A DNA stretch of 51,454 nucleotides, taken from Monosiga brevicollis MX1. Lineage: Eukaryota. Of this stretch, positions 23,536 to 43,287 are shown in pieces (the first letter of the stretch is position 1; the number at the start of each line of letters is the position of its first letter). The notes beneath the pieces were generated by a model. That model made no database searches. It worked only from the letters and a program-made list of their open reading frames with translations, and was not told the origin of the DNA. The position numbers and the translations under genes are program-made. The DNA lies in the NCBI RefSeq assembly GCF_000002865.3, contig NW_001865083.1:39585-91038 (forward strand), in the 5' to 3' direction.

Positions 23536-24534
23536 CACCGGCGTTATGGGCTGCAGTGGCGCATCTCACCATGGATACCTTCTGCCGCCATCGATGCATC
23601 ATAACTCAAGCAGCAAATGCGAGTTGTTGTCGCAGCAGGTTGACATCCATCACGAAATCGCGCGATCAAAAGTCAAGCGTAGAGCCCGTATTGCTCCAAG
23701 CTATGCTGCTCGACATGGGCAGTGCGTCTCGGTTGCTATCCAAACGAGCCTCTTTCAATTATGTTGCGGCTCTTTCACGACCAGCAGCCATACCGCAGCC
23801 GTATCGAGCCAAGACTTGCACAAGAACACGCTCCAAGTACACTCTAATACGGATGTCGAAAGACAAGCAGAGCTGGAAAGTGTTGGAGTAACAGCGCTGT
23901 CAGTGCCGTCACCTGATCCACTTGTGTTTGAGCTCTTGAGTGCTGTTGTTGCAGAATGGCCAGACACTCCTGTTTGGCATCCTCGTCAGCTTGACGGTCA
24001 GGTTGTAAGGCATCTAGAGCAGAAGTTTGCATGGCGTCGACAAACCAACATCAAGCGTCATCCATTTCAATTCGTAGCTGCAGCTTGAGCGGCCAGGCAG
24101 TCACAAAGCGTTTGCAGGTCATGGGTATTAACAATTGAGGATCCACGCGCCAGCCGACGCTATAGAGAACAGCAGCAGCACACCGCCAGCCTCCACCACA
24201 CCGATGTGACCGTACGCGCAGGCCCAGTACAAACACCCTGGCGACTAGACACGCATCTACAATCGCCACGATGCCCTACCCAAACTCAACCGGTAGCGAT
24301 CGCTCGCATAACAGGACCACCGCTCAACGCCCTCGTCACCAGCTCGCGCAGCGCCACAGCCATTTATCAAAACACCATTGTCATCAGTTGATGTCAATGA
24401 CGAATAGAGAGACGAGGTGGCATCCCACGCTATTTCGGCGGTCTGCTTCAGGTGTTAAGCAAAGCCCGGCCTGCCCGTTTGGCTTCAATTTTGTTTGCAC
24501 AGCGTCGACAAGCCAACATCAAGCGTCATCCATT

Positions 24535-25979
24535 TCAATTCGTAGCTGCAGCTTGAGCGGCGAGCGGTAGAGCGGCCAGGCAGTCACAAAGTGTTTGTAG
24601 GTCCTGGATATTGAACAATTGAGGATCTACGCGCCAGCCGATGCTATAGAGAACAGCAGCAGCGCACCGCCAGCGTCTCATCTGCTCCGCATGAATCAAG
24701 CCTTGAACTGCCGAAACATTGAAACCCAATGAGAACAAGACAATGCGAGCAATCACATGTCAAGCAGGTTCGCACCAGTGGGATTTGCAGTTTGATAGGA
24801 GCAAAGGGTACGGGTTGCGCCCAATAGTTCCTCAATCACCTATCAAGCAAAACAGGTCCATCGTTGAGCAAACTTTTGCCTCTGCAATCAATACCACGAG
24901 TTAAAAAAAAGGCCCACCTCCGGTTCGATGGGATCCCTGCGAAGAAGCAGATCCAAGGGTCGTGTACCCGTCTGCCACAGAAGGCCATCAGCTGTCAAGT
25001 GCGGGTGCAGCAAAACAGCGGCAAAGGTATGGACGGCATCGCGATAAAAGGCTTACAAGATCTCTCGCATCTGGGTCGGCACCGTGCCGCAAGAGCTGAC
25101 GGATAACCTTTCGGCTGGCAGAGATGTTACTGCAAATTGCATGGAGCGGCGTTTGGCCGTCCTATATGATGTGATCAATGTTTGAGACCATGAGGAACGA
25201 GCTCCTCGCGGGAGGAAGATACAGCAGGAAACAAGACGGGGTGCAGGAGCACCGATAAAGAGGAGAAGAAGGAAGAGAGGGGTACTGCACTGACGTTGTC
25301 CTTGGCTTCAGTATCAACCCTGTGCTCCAACAGCATCTCCACCACCTTAACATGACATTTTTGGCAGGCCCAGTGCAGTGGTGTCCAGCCATCCTGCGGA
25401 ATGATGCATCACAGGTGCAGCATAATGTGATACAGGTCTGTACCATCATAAGGGGGTGAGGGAGGTACTGTACTAACGTCTTCCTTGGCTTCAGTATCGG
25501 CACCGTGCTTCAACAGCACCTCCACCACCTTGACATAACCTCTATTGCAGGCCCAGTGCAGTGGTGTATAGCCATACTGTTGAAGCATTACGTGTGGGTA
25601 CAGCATCATCATTGTCATAGGTGCACCAGCATAGAGAAGTAAAGGGGGGTATTGTACTGACGTTGGCCTTGGCTTTAGCATCTGCACCGTGCTGCAACAG
25701 CATCTCCACCACCTTTACATGACCGTTTTGGCAGGCTCTGTGCAGTGGTGCGTCGCTATACTGTGGGATCATGCATGCCCCCGTGTTACACCAAAACGAC
25801 ACCACATTCGGCGACGAATTTAAAGCGTTACCAATTTCACACAGAATAAGACGTACCAACGATTTGAATTTGGCAGCATCTTGAATACGTTGGTGGTCCC
25901 AACTGCTCACCAGCTGCAGCGCCTCTTGTGGATCTGACGACCAGCAGGCATTGTACAGCTGCACTCCAGCATCACTCAT
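24535..25979 (-). CDS. Ankyrin-repeat protein, copy B (tandem paralog with one extra repeat exon)
   Basis: Exons 25979-25857, 25760-25662, 25576-25478, 25393-25295 (three 99-nt ankyrin exons), 25161-25057, then small exons. The last exon IGWRVDPQLFNIQDL..* differs from copy A at several synonymous positions, which supports this frame. Confidence 0.82.
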
Positions 25980-27609
25980 CTCTTTTGCCTCCTCTATTCA
26001 CCACGAATCTCATGAGCCCCCTCCAAGTACAACTTGTCTGACACCCAAGATGTCGGACTTCCAAAACGGCAGCAGGTCAGTCACCCTTGAGCTTCCCCCC
26101 ACCCCCGCCTAATGCGCCAAAGAGCTTAGCTCTGGCAAACAGCACCGGTGATCAGTTGCAAAGGGAGGGTGTAATTGGTTGAAGCAGCGCACGTCGTCGA
26201 CCGGGAAATGAGATCGGTGACCTTCACACAAAAAAAAAAAACTGGCAGAGGTGCTCTTGAAACCAAAAGACTTGTCAGGGAAAAAGTTGTTGTATCACCA
26301 AAAAGCGAGCGGGATCAAGACCCCGCACGTAATAGCCCAACGCCTCCAGCAGCCAGACGTTGATGCCGATCCCGCGAATCGATGTCAAACAGCAGAAGAT
26401 GCTAGCAGTTACAGAAAAAAAATGTAACCAACACCAAACCAAACAAGGCGGGCTCGACATGAGAGCAACGCGTCTCCTCCTGGCAGGCCGGGACTCATTT
26501 GACATCGGTGTGCTCTGCCATCTCGAGTGCGACGGAGCATTGGCGGTTTCGTGCTGGTGGTCTTGGGCAAGTATGAGCTTGGTACGCGGCTGCTCTTTCA
26601 CGACCAATACAATTGAAAGAGGTTCGTTTGGATAGCAGCAGTGAGCGATCTCGCACACACACACACACACACACACACAGGACATGAAGGTCTGACTTAA
26701 ATTGCTGACAATCGCCACCCACTCTTGTGTCTCCCAGTCTCCATTTTTATCGCCCCAGTCTCCGCGCAGACTCGGTACGTTGCCAGTGGAACAGGAAAAA
26801 AAAAAAAAAAAAAAAAAGAGAGAGAGAGATTTGAGGTTCAAGTCAGTGAAACGGCAGCGCCGCGGTGGCCGCCATCCCCTTGACTGTGGCCTTGAGCACC
26901 GGCCTGGTGGCCAGACAACTGCCCATCTTCATGTTTTCAAGTTTACAAAGGCTGCGCTTGACGCTCTTAACGGCCTGTTCCTTCTGTTCAATGGAGCTGC
27001 AAAGTGGCATCTCGTTGTGTGTGTGTGTGTGTGTGTGGCGTTGACGTGTATCGTGACGAATTACGGCAGCGCAAGGCCCCAGCATCCTGTATCTGTGCAT
27101 CACTTGCAGCCTTGATGCTTCTCCTTGCCTGCCGTTTTTCTCGATGCATCCATGTCAAGTGCTTTCGTGTCCTCATGTCACTGTACCACTTTGCCTTGTG
27201 CTTGGCTGGTTATGTGACGTTGGTCTTTTTCTGTTTGTTTTGCGTGTGGCTGTCTTTCAAAGGGCAGTCGAGGTTCTCAGCACCATCTCCCCTGCGCCTT
27301 CAAATGCACTGGTCTTCCATGGGAAAGCATTCAACACTGCCGCACTTTCTTTTGCTCCCACTGCCATTTTTCCACTGTCAATACGGCTCACTGCACCTTT
27401 TTTTTTTTTTTCCCCCTCATCAGCATCCAAGGCCTCCATCTGCTCGAGTCACATCAACGCTCGACTTTTCGTTTTCCCTACTCTCTGCCGCAACGGTACG
27501 TCGAGTCAGATAAGCTGCCACGTTTCACGTCTATCTGCACGGGCTTTTGTCTCTTCTGGGAGCCCCGGTTTTTTTTTTCTGCTCACGACGGGTCTGTCTG
27601 CCTTTTTAG

Positions 27610-30072
27610 ATGGCGACGGCGGAGAAGAAAAAGGCCTCGGCCAAGACGACACCAGAGGCCAAGGTGGCCGACAAGGAGGAGACCATGGATACAAGCGCCG
27701 ACACCGTGGTGGACCACGCCAAGCTCGCCTTTGCAGGTTAGTGCCAAACTGGAAGCGTTTCTGATCCGCACTTTGCTCATCAAGGCCGTATGCACATTTC
27801 AGACATTGAGCGCAATGTTACGCTGCTCCGCGAGTCGGTCAAGCAACACGAGCCCCGCTACAGTTATCGTGCGCTTCGCAAACTCAACTCGCTGCGCAAG
27901 CGCCTCACCCCCGAAGTCTTGGCCAAGGCCCTCAATTCACTCTGGCCCGCCACCGATGATGCCGGTCAGCTTTGTTTTTCTTTCTTTTTTCTTTCTTTCT
28001 CCTTTTTTTCTTTTTCCTTGGTGCTTTGTCTTTCCAAGTTGGTGTTCAAGTTTCCAGCAGGACAAAGGCCGCTCACCCTTTGCGCATGCGCCTGGTGCCA
28101 CCTTTGTGGATAGAATCTGGTGAGGACCGTGCCTTGCTGCTCAAGAAACTTGGTGTTGCGGCCGAGAGCTCCGCCATGGACACGGAGGAGGATGCTAGCC
28201 CCGCGACCAACAACACCAACGCAGACATTGGTCAAGTTGAAGTTCAGCTTTACCTCCACCTTCTCACGGTCATCCTCCTTCTCGACCAGCAGCGTCTTGA
28301 TGAGGTTTGCTCGTGGGATTATTGGGTGGAGCCCGCTCCTACGCACACCCAAAAGCCTCACGTCAACTTTACTGCCGCCATAGGCCAACGAGGTATCCAC
28401 GGCCCTGGTGACGCGCATTGATAGCCTCACACGGCGCAGTGCCCACGTTGTAAGTTGACAACGTCTTTGGCATGCGCATGACTTCCTGGGCCCGCGCTGT
28501 GTTGGAAAGTCATTCACTCCTCGTTGATGCTTCTAGCTTGGAGCACGGGCATTCTTCTTCCATGCCAGGATATGCGAGTGCCAGCCGCGGGTAGGCGCCC
28601 CATTCCCGCCCATTTTCAGCATTCTCATTATATATTGCGTCGCAAAAGCTCACGCGCGTTCGCTCGATTTTCTTGTGGTGTCAACAGCATGTTCCAGCGT
28701 GCGCTGCGCAAGGCCTCTTTGGCCAACAACGAGGACGGACAGGCGGTCATTATCAATGCACTCCTTCGCTCCTTGCTTCAGGATCGTCTGTATGATCAAG
28801 CCGACCTGTTGGTCTCGAAGACAGACTTTCCGGAGAGCGCTCAAAATGCCGAAGCCGCTCGCTACCAGTATTACCTTGGTGCGTGCGTGTCATGGCGAGC
28901 CATGATTTTGCACTTGCGGTGTTTGTTTGTTTGTTTTGCGTTGTGACAAAGTCTTTCGCGCTGCCACCTCTCACCTTACGCTTGTATGTGCGCTTTGATG
29001 GACCCAGGTCGCATCAAGGCGATCCAGCTTGATTACTCGGAGGCCTATCAGCATTTGATTGAGGCAACGCGCAAAGCACCATCGGGCGCCTCGGGCTTTT
29101 TGCAACACGTGCACAAAGTATTGGTGATTGTGCAGTTGCTCATGGGTGACATCCCCGAGCGCGAGCTGTTCCGTCGCCCGGCGCTGCGCAAGTCGCTCGA
29201 GCCTTACTACCAGTTGACGCATGGTGCGTCCTTGTGTCGTCTCGTCAAACGATTGATATCCTTGTTTGGTTGGCTGGTGAGGCGCGCGGGTGTGGGGACA
29301 ATTTTGCTCACCTTTGGCGCACTTGCCTGTGAAACGTAGCTGTGCGTCGAGGTGACCTGCGCACCTTTAATCAGGTTGTGCAAGAGTTTGGGGCCAAGTT
29401 CAAGGCCGATGAGACTTTTACTCTGATCATGCGCCTGCGACACAGTGTCATCAAGACGGGTGTTCGCAAGCTCAGCCTGAGCTACTCGCGCCTTTCGCTC
29501 GCCGATGTTGCTGCCAAGCTGCACCTTGAATCGGCTGATGAAGCCGAGTACATTGTCGCCAAGGTAAGGGCTTTGGGTCGACATCTTTTTTGCTTTCATT
29601 TGCTTCAAGTCTCTCTTTTCATTTTTTTGTTGTCCTTTTTTTTTTTTTTTTTTTCCACTGTTGCAAAAATCATGATATCGTTGTGTGTGTAGGCCATTGG
29701 AGATGGCGTGATTGACGCACAGATCAACCATGCAGAGCAGTACATGACGTCGCAGGAGGTGGTTGACCTGTATGCAACGGGAGAGCCACAGGAGGCTTTC
29801 CATCAGCGCATCAACTTTTGTCTCAAGGTGCACCGTGACAGCGTCAAGGCGTTGCGTTTTGCGCCCAACGCATACCGCAAGCACCTGAACGATGCCGAGG
29901 TACGTCAGATGGATTTCGACCCAAAAGCTGAGCAGGGCAACGGCGAGTGGGCGGCAAGAGAGGGATGTGGCTATGGAGACTTTGGAACTGGGCTCATGGG
30001 CCGTGTTTCTTGCAGGAGCTCGAGCTGGAAGAAGACATTGATGTCAGTGAAGATGTCGAGGTGGATGAATAA
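27610..30072 (+). CDS. PSMD3: 26S proteasome non-ATPase regulatory subunit 3 (RPN3), multi-exon
   Basis: Characteristic motifs [122 protein letters not shown]. Stop TAA at 30070-30072. Confidence 0.95.
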
Positions 30073-30385
30073 GCCACTATGGGCAGTGGAGGCTCGTGCC
30101 CATGGCTCGCGGCGTGGCTCCCACATTTGACTGTTTGTCCCACTGTTGACAACCTGTTGTTCTTGTTCTTGTTCTTGTTTTTGTTCTTGTTCTTTGCCCG
30201 TTCTCTGTCATGCTGTCACCCCTGTCCATCCGAGCAAAAAGCTTCTTTGGCTCGCAATTGCAACCCCCTCACCCTATCCCTCCCAAGCCGTCCGCGCGCG
30301 TTTGGTTTGTCTGACAATTCAAACGCCTTTTTTTGAAGGGGGGTTTGTGGAGGACAAGGCTGAATTTCTTCCCCTCTATTTTCAA

Positions 30386-30389
<4 letters not shown>

Positions 30390-30474
<85 letters not shown>

Positions 30475-30493
30475 TATTTCTCTCTCTCTCTCT
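30390..30493. repeat. (CT)n microsatellite
   Basis: Direct reading. Confidence 0.9.
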
Positions 30494-30651
30494 ACGACAG
30501 CTTGATTGAGGAGGCGCGATGCTGGGGTCGTGAGTACATCGGGTGGCGTTGAGCTGGATTACGGCGTTGCTCTCTTGTCGGGGGGCTGCGGCTGGAGAGG
30601 TGATACAAAGATATAAGGGCCTCCTGTTTTTTTTAACAAACCCCTGCCGCG

Positions 30652-39457
<8,806 letters not shown>

Positions 39458-40275
39458 GCCTGTGCTTGACCGTTCTCATCTCAAAAAAAAAAAAAAAAAA
39501 AAAAGGCTGGGTGTGGGGGCACGAAAAGGTGTCCTTAGGTCTCTCAAGCTGTCTGAAATGATTCATTTTACTCTCTCTCTCTCTCTCTCTCTCTTCTTTT
39601 AGGCGTTTTCTCTTGATTTTTTTGTATGACTTGTTGGTTTCTCGTATTTTCTGACCTTGGTGCCATCCCCCGACCCTAGGGTCGGGGGCTATTCGTGCCG
39701 GGCAAGTAAGCACGCCGGCTAGGCTCGTGGGCGTGCGATTCACACTATTCAATTCAAAAATGGTATCTGTACTACACCCGTGACACAGGTGGTGTTATTC
39801 TGGTAAAGCACCCTGCGCCGCTTTTCCACATCAAAAAAAGGAATGAAGACATGAGGGTTCGGAAAGTTTTTTTTAACAAGACAATTTTCCTGTTTTTCCC
39901 GATGGATGTATTTGCGGGATATTCTCGAAATTGTAGAGGAGTCCTCGTCGAGTGTTACACCAAGGAGGGAAGAGACTCGAGCCACAAGCACATGCCAGTG
40001 CAGGTAGTCGACGCTGCAATAGATGCAGTCAAAATAACGAGGCGGGGAGCTTGAATAAAAATTCTATTTTTTTCATCTATCATCATGTGAAACTGGAAGC
40101 ACGGTTCTAATGGCAAGAAGAAAACATGCCAGGTGTGTATGGCCCAGGTCTACGATCAAGGCATGGCTGATGGCACTGTCCTGCCATCGGTTTATTACTA
40201 ATGAATGTTCAATTTGGCTGTGCACACCCAAAAGCTTGGTGCATGGGACGTCGGGGGTAAAGTAAATGGGTGGGT

Positions 40276-42242
40276 TCACGGGCATGTGTCGACAGCGCCC
40301 TTGGCAACGCAACGGATGGAGTAGCCGGGGCAGGGCACGAGCTGCTGGTCCACTTGCACGCGGACCTCGACGATGGATTGTGGGCTGTTGAGGAGTAGCT
40401 GGAGGGTGGCATCGGGAAGGGTGACATTGAAGCCATGATAGGGGTTGGGGGCGACGCCGGCAGGAACAAGGTCGTCACGCTCCTGATTGGCGACTTGGGT
40501 TGCACACAGCTCGCCATCAACAAGAATGGCAACGGTGGCCGGGCCGAGGCCGTGACCAGGAAGGTCGTTGTCGACGACCCAACCGGAGAGGGTGGCCTGG
40601 GTGGATGTCAGGACAAAATGGTCGACGGCGCCATCGAGACCGTTGGTGGGGCTGGAGCGGGCGGCATAGTTGGCGCGCTCGAGGATGATGGTATTGGTGA
40701 CCGAGGGCGCGGCGTTGTCCTTGAAGGCGCGAATGTTGACAGCAAGCGTAGGACCCGGCCAGGTGGTGGGAAGGCCGGTGCTGGGGAGAACTGGGGCGTC
40801 GGCTTCAGGGCGGGAGCCGTCGATGGTGTACCGGAGAGTGGCCCCTGGGGTGGTACAAGAGGCAACAACGGTCATTGTGACGTTGTCGCTGGGGTCCGTA
40901 GGGTCGACGGGGTCGAGGTTGATGACGGGCATGGCAACAACCTCGCCCTGGTCGATTGTATTGTTGACCTTGTCCACGTTTGAGCTGCAGCCGGGAATCC
41001 GATCGTACATGGCCACGCTGCCGTTGCCACACGTCCAGAACCGGTTGTTTGCCACAACGGCGCTGGGCTTTTGGTTGTTGGGGCAGATGAAGGCGATGCC
41101 GCCGTGGTCGTCGTGGGGCTGTTCGCAACCGGCCATGATAAAGTTGTTGTCGTCGATTGATACGTTTTGGGAGGTGGTGGCGTGGCCAAAAACCATGATG
41201 CCGGCGCCATAGGACTGATAAAAGGTGCAGCCGGAAAGGCGGAAGCCCGTGGCGGCGGTTTCAAAATCAAAGGCACAGCCGTCGGGGCCACCCATGTATT
41301 CGCCGCGTTGATTAAAATCGGTGTTTTCAACCGAGTTGGCGCCTTCGATTGTGCCGATGATAACGTCGGTCGTGCCGTAGAGGAAGAGGTCGTGGGGTTG
41401 GTCACGGGCAAACACGGATTGGCGGAGGTGCAGGTCGCTGCCCGAGCCAAAGCCAACGCAATTGCCGTTGCAGTGAGCAACGGTGTTGCTGTCGAGGTAG
41501 AGGCCGGCCACGTTGCCACCGTTGTTGAAGAAGGCATCGAGACGAGAGGCGATGTTATTGCGAACGGAGAGGTTGACGACAGCAGCGCCGTCCACGGAGA
41601 CGGCCGTGCCCCACTGAGGGTTGCTGGGGGAGTACGAGTGCATGGGGTAGTAGATGTCGCTGAAAAAGTTGTCAGCTAAGGGTTTGGTCGACGCGCACAG
41701 GTGGGGGCGGGGGTGAGGTGGTCGGGTAGTGGTCAGCAAGGCGCTGCAAGGCGCTTGAGGTGAGGGTGGGACAAACTGCAAAACGCACCAATGTCAATGT
41801 TTTGAAGGGTCTTGCCGGCTGTAGCTACGAGGGAGATGGCCTTGAAGCAGCCTTGCAGGTAAAGGTTTGTGATGGAGAGGTTGGACACGCCCACGGCACG
41901 AAGGCAGGCTTGGCGGGCGGCAGCCGAGGCGGGTCGGCTATGGCTGATACGGGGTCGTGGGGCCGTGGGATCGCCATAGGCACCGACGGTAACATTGGCG
42001 GCAAAGAAGAGCTCAAGAGGCTGGTCGAACCACACATCGCCGCGCTTGAGTAGAAAGGTGGACCCGCTCAAGGGAGCAACGGCACGCGTCTTGTTCAAAC
42101 TGAGCCAGGGCTGATCGGGCGACGTGCCCGAGTTTTGATCGCTGCCCACTGTGGAAAAATAAAACGTGTCGGCTGATGCAGCGGCGATCAGCGAGATCAA
42201 AACGCCGACACACAACTGTGCGGCAGCGTAGTGGCGTGTCAT
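40276..42242 (-). CDS. Secreted right-handed beta-helix (pectin-lyase-like) protein with Fn3-associated/CHB_HEX_C-like and C-terminal beta-sandwich domains (2 exons)
   Basis: Signal peptide; TFYFSTVGSDQNSGTSPDQPWLSL and FLLKRGDVW typical of beta-helix N-termini; intron 41788-41676; DGCAFDFE; TPGATLRYTIDGSRP; C-terminal SGWVVD..ILVDG..ANQERDDL..HGF. Confidence 0.8.
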
Positions 42243-42601
42243 CTTCCTGGCGATGCGTGCTGAGATGAACGGCGATCGCTGGGGGAGCAGAGCAGAAAAA
42301 AAAAATTAGAGGAAAGAGGACAAGCATTTGAGGTGAGTTGTTGAGATCCGATAGAGGAGAGCAGCCCGCGGGAGTGCATCATCTTTATGCACATGTGTGT
42401 GTGGGATGAGCAACGCCAGCCAGCGTGCGCTGCCACGGCTCGACAGCAGCGACAGAGCAAACACCAACAGGCAAGCGTCCCGATCACGAACAAAGATCGC
42501 AGCAACAAAACAGCCAAGCCACAATGGCCGCGCTCGCAGTGTACAAAGGAGCCGCATCAGAGCAACATGGCAGCAGCGCCGCAAGTGGAAGCGCTGCCCT
42601 T

Positions 42602-42603
<2 letters not shown>

Positions 42604-42636
<33 letters not shown>

Positions 42637-42656
42637 GCGGCGGCGGCGGCGGCAGC
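42604..42656. repeat. (CAG)n(CGG)n compound repeat
   Basis: Direct reading. Confidence 0.85.
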
Positions 42657-42977
42657 GCGGCGTCAGTGATTCCGTCGTACCTTGAAACCCCGTTTGAAGA
42701 GAATGGTCATGACTTGAGTTTATTTTGAGAGATGGGCCTCAAGGTTGATTTTTTGATAGTGTTAAAACAGTAAGCTTTTCAGAGAGTAGAGTCGAGTTTG
42801 CAGGCGATTTAGAGCAAGTGGTTACGGTGTAGAAAACATCAACAATTGAAAAAAAGTACATGACAATTTGTATTAACTTTTAAAAAATGTTTTAAAGTTT
42901 TAAAACAAATTTAAACAACACCACACACCANACACACACACACTCTCTCTCTCTTCTCAAACCGACCAAACCAATTC

Positions 42978-43048
<71 letters not shown>

Positions 43049-43287
43049 TCTCTCTCTGCGGCAGCCGGGCTGGGCTGTCTGGGTGCCGATCGTCGGGTCA
43101 TTAGGCTGGCTGTTTGATTCGCTGGTGGTGGTGGTGGTGGTGGTGGTTGGTTGGTTGGTGTGATGGATGGGGTAGATTGAGCGACGATTCGAGGAGTCTT
43201 TCAGTTGGCAGTCACAGCCTTTTTTTTGTGGTTCCGCTACCACTGAACTTGACGGTCCACGATCCAGTGACGCGCCACAACGCCGCC

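Noticed and set aside
23159..24088. 309-aa ORF
   Set aside because: Largely (TG)n and (AACTAC)n translation with no recognisable domain; a small minus-strand exon near 23844-24032 cannot be excluded.
26840..27480. Possible small gene upstream of RPN3
   Set aside because: No coherent exon chain or recognisable protein motif could be assembled.
39740..39800. U2/U12 snRNA (minus-strand GTGTAGTA and an Sm-like ATTTTTG)
   Set aside because: Lacks the conserved 5' stem and flanking sequence of these snRNAs.
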